Assembly (NCBI GenBank): GCA_013314775.1
Contig: JABUFB010000008.1
Coordinates: forward strand, 725,036 to 789,035
DNA: 64,000 nucleotides
Source: Armatimonadota bacterium
GTDB lineage: Bacteria > Armatimonadota > Zipacnadia > Zipacnadales > JABUFB01
Direction: 5' to 3'
Shown: in pieces, positions 56,508 to 64,000 of the stretch
How the letters are laid out: the number at the start of each line of letters is the position of its first letter
Numbering within the stretch: position 1 is the stretch's first letter
Program-made: the position numbers and the translations under genes
The notes under the pieces: model-generated
Databases searched by the model: none
What the model saw: the letters and a program-made list of their open reading frames with translations, nothing else
What the model was told of the DNA's origin: nothing

Positions 56508-57206
56508 ATGGCCGTCGGGGCGCATCCCGATGATGTGGAGATGTACTGCTCAGGGACTCTTCTTGCCTGCCGCGCAAGAGGCGATGATCTGTTCGTCTGC
56601 TGCATGACCAACGGCGACAAAGGCGCCTATGAGATGACCTGCGAGGAGCTTGCAGCCGTCCGCCGCAGGGAAGCCGGGGAAGCAGCCGCGATCTTCGGAG
56701 CGGAGCTGATGTTCCTGAGTCTGCCCGACGGTGAGCTTTTCGTGGATGAAGCGTGCCGTGCACCGCTCATCGACGCAATCAGACAGGCCCGTCCCGACAT
56801 TATCATCACACACAACCCCGAGGACTATCACCCGGACCACTGCAACACCAGCGCCCTTGTGTTCAGCGCGAGTTTCCTGGCAGGCGCACCCAATGTGAAA
56901 GGACTGCGAGACCTGCCGGGACATGACCGTGTGCCCGCAGTCTTCTACATGGACACGCCCACCGGCACGGGCTTCCAGCCTACCGAGTACGTGGACATCA
57001 CCCCGTACTGGGAGACCAAGGTCCGCATCATCGAGTGTCACGCCAGCCAGGTGCAATGGATCCGCGAGCACGACGGGCTGGACATCGTGGATGTTGCGCG
57101 GGTGATGGCCGAGTTCCGCGGCATGCAGTGCGGAGTCCGTTATGCGGAAGGCTTCCGGCAGCTCACGCAATGGCCGCGGATGACCACGAAACGACTGCTG
57201 CCCTGA
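56508..57206 (+). CDS. PIG-L/LmbE-family N-deacetylase
   Basis: MAVGAHPDDVEMYCSGTL..., ...HPDH... zinc-binding motifs characteristic of LmbE-like deacetylases. Confidence 0.8.
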   Translation: MAVGAHPDDVEMYCSGTLLACRARGDDLFVCCMTNGDKGAYEMTCEELAAVRRREAGEAAAIFGAELMFLSLPDGELFVDEACRAPLIDAIRQARPDIIITHNPEDYHPDHCNTSALVFSASFLAGAPNVKGLRDLPGHDRVPAVFYMDTPTGTGFQPTEYVDITPYWETKVRIIECHASQVQWIREHDGLDIVDVARVMAEFRGMQCGVRYAEGFRQLTQWPRMTTKRLLP

Positions 57207-57235
57207 ACCGGAATATGGAACGGAGGACGCGACGG

Positions 57236-58009
57236 ATGGCAAACTGGAATCTTGCCGAGACCACCCTGGGACTAGCGCGGGATGAGCAGTACGAAGTCGC
57301 GGTTCTGCCTGTGGGAGCAACCGAGGCCCACGGACTGCATCTTCCGTACGCAACCGACACGATCATGGTGGAACGCCTCGGGAGGCTGGCGTGCGAGCGG
57401 GCGTCGGGGGACGGCGCCAGGGTCCTGCTGCTGCCCGCATTGCCCTTCGGGATCAATGAGAACACCCTGGGGTTCAAGTGGACGATGAGTCTTCGCCCAA
57501 GTACGCTGTTCCAGGTGGTCACGGACATCGTGTCCAGTGTTGAGGAGCACGGAATCCCGAAGATGGTAGTGCTCAACGGCCACGGAGGAAACGAGTTCCA
57601 GCCCCTCCTGCGAGAGCTTTTTCGGCAGACCAGCGTGAGGTTGTTCCTCGTGAACTGGTACATGGCCAACCAGGCAGCGGCACGAGAAGTTTTCGAGCGG
57701 CCTGGAGAGCATGCGGATGAGATGGAGACTTCCATGCTCCTGCACATGCGGCCGGACCTGGTGCGGATGGAGCTTGCAGGAGACGGGGCGACGCGCGAAC
57801 CGGTTTTCCGAGCGATGCGCGAGGGCTGGGCGTGGGTGGCCCGTCCGTGGGACCGGTTCACCGTGGACAGCAGCTTCGGAGACCCGGCACGTGCGACAGC
57901 GCAAAAAGGTGCGGCTTACGAGGAAGCGATCGTCGGCAAGCTGGCGCAGTTCATTACCGAGCTCGCCGCGGCTCCGGTGGATGAAATGTTCCCATACCGT
58001 GAAGCATAG
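57236..58009 (+). CDS. Creatininase-family (creatinine amidohydrolase fold) hydrolase
   Basis: ...LPVGATEAHGLHLPY... and ...VLNGHGGN... motifs of the creatininase/ArfB/MftE family. GGAGG lies 9 nt before ATG 57236. Confidence 0.75.
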   Translation: MANWNLAETTLGLARDEQYEVAVLPVGATEAHGLHLPYATDTIMVERLGRLACERASGDGARVLLLPALPFGINENTLGFKWTMSLRPSTLFQVVTDIVSSVEEHGIPKMVVLNGHGGNEFQPLLRELFRQTSVRLFLVNWYMANQAAAREVFERPGEHADEMETSMLLHMRPDLVRMELAGDGATREPVFRAMREGWAWVARPWDRFTVDSSFGDPARATAQKGAAYEEAIVGKLAQFITELAAAPVDEMFPYREA

Positions 58010-58035
58010 TGGGCGGGCTGTTGCCTGAAAATGAA

Positions 58036-58066
58036 AGACCCCGCCGGGGTTGCCCTGGCGGGGTCT
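58036..58066 (-). terminator. Intrinsic terminator for the cold-shock gene (AGACCCCGCC / GGCGGGGTCT stem followed by TTCATTTTCAGG on the minus strand)
   Basis: 10-bp stem plus a U-rich tract immediately 3' of the csp stop. Also lies downstream of the convergent plus-strand gene. Confidence 0.65.
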
Positions 58067-58087
58067 TGGGCTCGCGCAGTGAGTGTC

Positions 58088-58291
58088 TTAGTTGATGACC
58101 ATGACGTTCTCGGCCCGAGGGCCCTTCGCGTCCTGGACCACGTCGAACTCAACCTTCGCGCCTTCGGCCAGAGACCGGTAGCCCTCCCCAACAATGGCGG
58201 AGAAATGAACGAAAACGTCCTCGCTACCATCGGTCTCAATGAAACCGAAGCCCTTCTCGTCGTTGAACCACTTGACGGTGCCAGTAGGCAA
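58088..58291 (-). CDS. cspA: Cold-shock protein (CspA family)
   Basis: [18 protein letters not shown] (RNP1) ... VFVHF (RNP2); 67 aa. Confidence 0.95.
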   Translation of the reverse strand: MPTGTVKWFNDEKGFGFIETDGSEDVFVHFSAIVGEGYRSLAEGAKVEFDVVQDAKGPRAENVMVIN

Positions 58292-59134
58292 AACAGATAC
58301 ACCTCCATTCGCCAGTTTCGACCAGGAACCCCCGCCGCGACCAGAAATGGCAGAGATGTATCTGCCGAGCTGGACAATCGCACACCAGGTACCTTAGTCG
58401 TGCATGCGTCAGTCTTGTGAACTACCACAAGACCGAGATTACTATACCACACCACCGTGGACATGTCAAAACGCGTCGAAAGGTGGGGTGCGTTCGGCGA
58501 GAGTAGGTGGGTTCTTGGGTGGATATGGCAGGAGCCGTCCTCTTGGAGCGAGAATGGAGTTGCGCTCACGAACACCAGTCTCACGGGAGGACGGCCCACA
58601 TGTCTATTAGCCAACAGAGCCGCGCAGACCTTCAGTCGCGTATCCGAGAATGGATGGACCAGCAGCCGTCGGCAGGGGCCTCATCGCTTTCCGCGCCTCC
58701 ACCCGAGAACGAAAAGAGACGCCGCCGTTGAGGCAAAGCGCGCGATACGGGCCCCACAGGCCCCTGACATACGCGCCCGAGAAGCACCCAGAAGCCCCTG
58801 CAAGGGCGACACAACCGGGCAGCGCTTCAAACATTTCGTCCCATTCGGGGGCTCAGGCGGTCTGAGGCGCACCGATGCCACGGGTTCCGTTCCGCTTCGC
58901 TCCACTCCCCCCGTGGCCAAAGGCTGCCGCACGCTTGGCGGGCTGTGAGGCGGAAGGCCCGACGGCGAGACTCCAGCAGGCTCCAGGCTTGCGCAACTCA
59001 TACCCAGCAGGGAGAGCCGCCTGACTTCGGTTGGTCGAGACGCGGGCGGGCCGGCTATCATGTCATGCGCAGACGCCCAGGAGATTGTGCCGCATCCTGC
59101 GCCGCATTGCGGGTCCCAGGACCTCGGGCGCTGC

Positions 59135-60586
59135 CTAATCTGCCGCGAACATGGTCTCCAGGATCCCCACGGCCTCATCAACGAGTTGCTGGCCACCGGC
59201 GGGCGACACATTGCAGCTTGCCGGCACCGCACCATAACTCAGTCCCTCCGCCGCGCGCTCGGTTGCCAGATAGGGACCACCGACGACGAGTTGCACCACG
59301 AAAGTCTGCACCGCCGGCGAGCGCCCTTTGATGCGGTCACCAAAGTCCAGGTAGTACTCGAATGGCGCTGTGACAAGAGCAATGTCGCCCACACGCAGGA
59401 CATTGACCTCGGTGGGCACACTATCCGGCGGGTTCTCGTAGCGGTCCACCGCGCGCCGGCACCAGGCGATCCTCGAGCGCAGAGATGTGTACTGGCTCCC
59501 CAGACGATCGGCATCACCCAGTTCTGCCAGCTGCCTCTCGGCCTCTGCAATGTCCTGCATCAAATCCGCATGCTCCGCCGCCGTGACCCTCCAGTGTTCG
59601 AGTTGGAGCGTGCGGTTCTCGTGTTTCAGTACCGCCCGGTCCCGCAGATCGCCGCGGATGACGGTCTCGGCCCCAACGGTCGCGTCCGCGATGCGGCAAG
59701 CAATCTCGGTGCGCAGAGCGGCGTTCAGGGGACGGCCAACTCCGCCGCCGTATTTGAGCTGCAGCATACGATCTTCAGCCTTCTTCGCGATCAGCCGGTG
59801 CGGGCTCTGGTCACCTGCGGCCGAACACTGGGGCAGCACGAAAAGGCCCGCGCCCAACCGCCGGCGCAACTCTTCGCGGACGTCATGCCAGTAGTCGGCC
59901 GAGACAAAGTCCTGCCCGCTTTCGCTGGCTTGCGACGGGCAGGCGAGATTGATCAGCACGCCCGTCAGGTTCCTCGCGGAGTCGTATGTGAACAGCAGGT
60001 TCACGCCGTGGTCTACGTGGCCCTCGATGTGAGAGAACTCGGGCACACTGGTGCTGCCGTACATCTTCGCGCTGCCGTCGAAGTACCGGACACGGCGGTT
60101 CTCGCCCACCACTGCGTGCGAGTAGCCCCAGCCGATGTGCCCCTCCGAGCGCCGTTTCCACGCCTCGCACACCGCATCCACCAGCGCCTCGATGAGCATC
60201 TCGGTGTACTCGGCTACGGTCACGTAATCAGGATAGCGGGCCCTGATGGCATCAAGGTACTCGGCATCCTGCTGCCAGCCGCCGGTTCCGTTAAATGGTC
60301 CGGTGTGCGTGTGCGTCGCGCCGATGATGATCTTGTGCGGATCCAGCTCCGGAACGCGTTCGGCAAGCGCCGCTCGCACCTCCCGGAGCACTTCGCCAGC
60401 GACTGAACACGCATCCACGGAAACGATCGCCGCATGGTCATCGTCTCTCTGCAGCACTAAGGCGGTCAATGTGAGCGGATCCTGCACTCGTGTGGCGATG
60501 CGCAGGTTGAACTGTCCGTGAAGGGATACCGGCCCCTGAGGGGTGATGTCTCGCTGTGCCCAGCCGATCCGGATCTTGTTTTTCAT
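59135..60586 (-). CDS. Neutral/alkaline-ceramidase-like N-terminal-domain hydrolase, paralogue A
   Basis: IGWAQRDITP... and GATHTHTGP signature shared with PF04734-type ceramidase N-domains. ATG 60586 = MKNKIRIGW.... Confidence 0.6.
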   Translation of the reverse strand: MKNKIRIGWAQRDITPQGPVSLHGQFNLRIATRVQDPLTLTALVLQRDDDHAAIVSVDACSVAGEVLREVRAALAERVPELDPHKIIIGATHTHTGPFNGTGGWQQDAEYLDAIRARYPDYVTVAEYTEMLIEALVDAVCEAWKRRSEGHIGWGYSHAVVGENRRVRYFDGSAKMYGSTSVPEFSHIEGHVDHGVNLLFTYDSARNLTGVLINLACPSQASESGQDFVSADYWHDVREELRRRLGAGLFVLPQCSAAGDQSPHRLIAKKAEDRMLQLKYGGGVGRPLNAALRTEIACRIADATVGAETVIRGDLRDRAVLKHENRTLQLEHWRVTAAEHADLMQDIAEAERQLAELGDADRLGSQYTSLRSRIAWCRRAVDRYENPPDSVPTEVNVLRVGDIALVTAPFEYYLDFGDRIKGRSPAVQTFVVQLVVGGPYLATERAAEGLSYGAVPASCNVSPAGGQQLVDEAVGILETMFAAD

Positions 60587-60889
60587 TTCGCGTGTGCCTC
60601 GGTTCTGTGACGGAATGCCCTCGGAGAGCACTCAGGGCGGTCCGAAGGTTGTTCAGGCCATTTCTATCTGCGCGGCAGTCGGACCCACACGATGCGTAGT
60701 GCCTTTGTGTGTTGCCTGTGCAGCAGACATAGAGAGCGATGGCCCCTGGACTCTTCCACGTGGGAAGTACACTCCACCTTCCCGCGGGATTGGACAAAGG
60801 CCGGTGCGGTTCCTGCAAGGTCTCCACGCCTGCCGAGGGGAACAGTCCTGCAGTGACGCGGCACGACTCCCTCGCAACGAGGTGCGCTC

Positions 60890-62173
60890 ATGCTCACGGC
60901 CGGAGTGTCCTGTCTGGATATTACTCCTCCTCTGGGGACCCGGATGCGCGGCTATTTCGAGGAACGCACGGCCAGCAGCGTGCACGATCCCCTGCACGTG
61001 CGCAGCTTCGCCCTGGAGGATTCCGGCGCCGCGCTTGCCATCGCCGTCTGTGATGTGATCGGCATCAGCCGCCAATACCTGGACCGGGCCAAACCCCGAA
61101 TTGCTGAGACCACCGGCCTGCAGCCGAAGCAGGTGATGATCGCCTGCACCCACACCCATACCGGACCGGAAACCGGCGATGACCCTTACACAGAGTGGCT
61201 TTGGGGACGCATCGCCGACGGTGTGCGCATCGCCTGGCAGGCCCGGGAACCCGCGCAAGTGGGATGGGCGCGGACCACAGAGGCGAGGCTGGTTTTCAAT
61301 CGCCGGTACCACATGGCGGATGGCTCTGTCCAGACCAATCCGGGCGTGGGCAATCCCGATGTGGTCGAGCCGGCTGGACCGGTTGACCCCGAAGTAGGCG
61401 TTCTTGCACTTCATCGCGCGGATGGCCGGACGCTGGGCCTGCTGGGCAACTACTCGCTGCATTACGTGGGTATCCCCGACGACTTCACGTCTTTCTCGGC
61501 CGACTATTTTGGATTCTTCTCAACCATGGTGCAGCGGCTGCGGGGGGAGAGCTTCGTTGCCGCCCTGTCTAACGGTGCATCGGGGGACATCAATAACGTG
61601 GACGTGCTGGGCCGGTCCGTGAGGCGCAATGACCGGTACCAGCATTGCGAACGCGCGGGGGCAATCGTCGCCGCGAGCGCCTTCTATGCGTGGAACGAAG
61701 CGGAGTTCACCGGGCAGACGCGCCTTAGCAGCGCGCTTGCCGAGATCACCCTGGAACCTCGCCCGCCGGCCACTGAAGAGGACCTGGCGAAGGCACGGGA
61801 GATCGAGGACCGTCTCGCCGCTGGCCAACACGTGCTCATGGGCGAGCGATCCTTCCAGCGGCGCGTCCGGCGCTTCGAGGCGGAGCCACCTGCTGCTCGG
61901 GCCACGGTGGTTCAGGCCCTGCGCGTCGGTGACCTTGCACTGGTGGGCGCGCCGGGAGAGTTCTTCGTCGAACTGGGCCTGGAGATCAAGCGCCGCTCGC
62001 CTTTTGCGCAGACCATGGTGATCGAGCTGGCTAATGACAGTGTGGGCTACATCCCGACCCGGCGTGCTTTCGAGGAAGGAGGGTACGAACCCAACTCCAG
62101 CCCCTACAAGCCGGGGTTTGGCGAACTGATCGTCGAGACGGCCGTGGGGTTGTTGGAAGGCCTCAAGGACTGA
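60890..62173 (+). CDS. Neutral/alkaline-ceramidase-like N-terminal-domain hydrolase, paralogue B
   Basis: [15 protein letters not shown]... and [10 protein letters not shown] signature. Divergently oriented to paralogue A. Confidence 0.6.
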   Translation: MLTAGVSCLDITPPLGTRMRGYFEERTASSVHDPLHVRSFALEDSGAALAIAVCDVIGISRQYLDRAKPRIAETTGLQPKQVMIACTHTHTGPETGDDPYTEWLWGRIADGVRIAWQAREPAQVGWARTTEARLVFNRRYHMADGSVQTNPGVGNPDVVEPAGPVDPEVGVLALHRADGRTLGLLGNYSLHYVGIPDDFTSFSADYFGFFSTMVQRLRGESFVAALSNGASGDINNVDVLGRSVRRNDRYQHCERAGAIVAASAFYAWNEAEFTGQTRLSSALAEITLEPRPPATEEDLAKAREIEDRLAAGQHVLMGERSFQRRVRRFEAEPPAARATVVQALRVGDLALVGAPGEFFVELGLEIKRRSPFAQTMVIELANDSVGYIPTRRAFEEGGYEPNSSPYKPGFGELIVETAVGLLEGLKD

Positions 62174-62409
62174 ACCCGGGCTGTTCCGGCAGCGATGATC
62201 AGCAGACTTCGGTCATCGCGCAGGCGCCGTTCCTCGCCGTGCGTTTCCCGATTCCCCGTGCCCATGAAGTTCGCGAAAAAAAGCCGGCGCGAAGGAGTGA
62301 ACTTCGCGGGAATGGTACACGTCACTCGTCCTTAGGGACTGGTGGATGGCGCTTGCGCGTCATCTGTCCTGCATGCCGCCTGCAGGCGGCTGACTGGGGG
62401 TCGAAATGC

Positions 62410-63111
62410 ATGAGACGCGGGTTCACGTTGATCGAGCTGTTGGTGGTGATCGCGATTATCGCGATTCTGGCCGCGATACTCTTCCCGGTCTTTGCGCGCG
62501 CCAGAGAGAAAGCCCGGCAGGCAAGTTGCTCATCGAACCAGAAACAGATCGCATTGGGCATCCTGATGTACGGGCAGGACTACGACGAAGCATTCCCGGG
62601 TTTCTACTACAAGGCAACCACGGCTGATTGGCCGCTGTTCATCTGGATTGACGCGGTCAAGCCCTACGTGAAGAATGAGCAGATCTTCCGCTGTCCCAGC
62701 GGCAATGACAGCACCCTCACCGGCCCATCCACCAACTACGCGGGCACCACGATCACCACTTCCTACGCCGTGAACCGATACGTCTGCAATGGGGGGCGCG
62801 GAGCATTCGACAACCGCATCGGCCAGATAACCTACCCGGCACAGACCTTGCTCACCTTCGACGCCATTCGAGCTTCGCGCTGGTGTGCCACGCCGATGGG
62901 AACCGGAGGCAGCCGCGGTGATGACTGCTACGGCCGCCCCGCCGGGATCATCGAAGTCGCTGGTGGCTCATTCACCGTCGGGCAGGACTTCGGTCTTCAC
63001 AATGAAGGTGCCAACATGTCCTTCTGCGACGGCCACGTGAAATGGCAGAAGAGCGGATCGTGGGAATCGTACGCGAAGCATTACACCACTTACTGGCAGA
63101 AGACGCGCTGA
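62410..63111 (+). CDS. Prepilin-type N-terminal cleavage/methylation domain protein with a C-terminal H-X9-DG motif (second DUF1559-like protein)
   Basis: MRRG|[44 protein letters not shown]-terminal [16 protein letters not shown]. Confidence 0.9.
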   Translation: MRRGFTLIELLVVIAIIAILAAILFPVFARAREKARQASCSSNQKQIALGILMYGQDYDEAFPGFYYKATTADWPLFIWIDAVKPYVKNEQIFRCPSGNDSTLTGPSTNYAGTTITTSYAVNRYVCNGGRGAFDNRIGQITYPAQTLLTFDAIRASRWCATPMGTGGSRGDDCYGRPAGIIEVAGGSFTVGQDFGLHNEGANMSFCDGHVKWQKSGSWESYAKHYTTYWQKTR

Positions 63112-63125
63112 AATCGCGCTTGCCG

Positions 63126-63172
63126 CCCCGGGACGCCGGCGCTGTATCGGTGGCCGCCAGGCGTCCCGGGAC
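63126..63172 (+). terminator. Hairpin terminator candidate (CCGGGACGCC ... GGCGTCCCGG, 10-11-bp stem with a 22-nt loop)
   Basis: Inverted repeat 15 nt after the stop of the DUF1559-like gene, followed by a weak T-run. Confidence 0.4.
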
Positions 63173-63625
63173 GTCGCTTTGGCCGGGTAGACAGCGTAGG
63201 AGCGGCGGCTGATTGACCGGACCGAGGTGACGGAGACGATGGCCGGGCACACTCGCGGGATATTGCGTATCTGGGGTGGAACACCGTTGGGGGCCGATTG
63301 TTTGTTTCTGCATTACCCAGTTATGAAAGACTGAGCCGAACTGCCTGCTGTGACGAGTAGGCCCGCATGCCGGGGCGGGAGACGGACGTTGCCGGCGGCC
63401 ACCTTCCGGCCGTTGATGAGCACGCCAAAGCAGGGCTACACGCGCCGCACTGCGCGCGGCGCCCGGAGAGAGCACGCTGAGTGGCCGCGCCATCCACATC
63501 GCGGCAGGTCACAATCGCGCCCTCTCGGGGTTTCGCCTCGCCGGCGCGAGCCACACGACACTCATCGCACCTTGCGCTCATCAGGCATTCCGCTGCGCTC
63601 GCGTTGAAAGGCGGTTGTTCCTCGA

Positions 63626-64000
63626 ATGGGAGCACCAACCCGTCTGCTGGTCATCGGTATCGACGGCGCCGACTTCATCCTGATGTCGGAATGGTTGGCG
63701 GGGGGGCACCTGCCGAACCTCGCGAAGCTTTGTGAATCCGGACGCCTCCTTCCTTGCAGTTCCACACACCCCCCTGTCACCGCGCCCGCCTGGACCACAG
63801 CATTCACCGGCTGCAATCCGGGCAAGCATGGGCTGTATGATTTCTGGGATTTCAGCTTTCCCAACCGGCGGCCATGGTGGACTGAGCCCAGACGGTGCCC
63901 CAGCCTGTGGCGCATCCTGTCGGAAGCAGGGCTTTCCTGCGGCCTGGTGAACCTGCCGATGAACTTCCCGGCCGAGGCGATCAATGGTGTGATCATCTCG
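63626..64000 (+). CDS. Alkaline-phosphatase-superfamily protein (type I phosphodiesterase / nucleotide pyrophosphatase, PF01663-like), 3'-truncated by the window edge
   Basis: MGAPTRLLVIGIDGADFILMSEWLAGGHLPNLAKL...HPPVTAPAWTTAFTGCNPGKHGLYDFWDF.... The N-terminal metal-site Asp/Thr pattern (GIDGAD, TAPAW) is typical. The ORF runs off the window end. Confidence 0.7.
   Translation, partial: MGAPTRLLVIGIDGADFILMSEWLAGGHLPNLAKLCESGRLLPCSSTHPPVTAPAWTTAFTGCNPGKHGLYDFWDFSFPNRRPWWTEPRRCPSLWRILSEAGLSCGLVNLPMNFPAEAINGVIIS

Noticed and set aside
58292-59134. RNase P RNA or SRP (4.5S) RNA in the long gap upstream of csp
   Set aside because: The universally conserved P4 strands (AGGAAAGTCCGGGCTC / ACAGAACCCGGCTTA) and the SRP domain IV motif (CCGGAAGGAAGCAGC) are absent on both strands.

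Overview
High-GC (roughly 64%) bacterial chromosomal segment, densely packed with genes and Shine-Dalgarno sites of the GGAGG type. Two proteins carry a prepilin-type N-terminal methylation leader with a C-terminal H-X9-DG motif (DUF1559-like), a family abundant in Planctomycetota, Verrucomicrobiota and Armatimonadota, so the source is probably from that part of the tree; this is an inference. The window holds about 50 protein-coding genes and one RNA gene, a tmRNA (ssrA) with tag peptide ANNELALAA whose promoter and terminator are both visible. The first 14 kb carries one or more minus-strand sugar-modification operons beginning with a large GH-like protein. A 4.5-kb gene encodes a Wza-type polysaccharide exporter with about 16 tandem SLBB repeats. 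From recJ onward there is a 16-kb co-directional run of housekeeping and metabolic genes. It contains a sugar-1-P nucleotidyltransferase, a class-V aminotransferase, serA, surE, a PflX-like radical SAM protein, pyrG, a UvrD/PcrA helicase, a large polytopic membrane protein and secreted proteins. Further on lie the rph-AKR-rdgB operon, a cell-wall amidase, a cluster built around a GH130 mannoside phosphorylase, a YihY/BrkB membrane domain fused to a MobA-like nucleotidyltransferase, a SPASM radical SAM maturase next to a HlyD-like adaptor, tyrS, corA, a PIG-L deacetylase paired with a creatininase-family protein, a cold-shock protein, and two divergently arranged ceramidase-like paralogues. I saw no transposases, integrases, CRISPR arrays or recognisable defence systems. 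Two unusually long apparently non-coding gaps (about 0.69 kb and 0.84 kb) and several strong GC-rich terminator hairpins are noted. The many long ORFs lying antisense to recognisable genes are treated as GC-driven artefacts.
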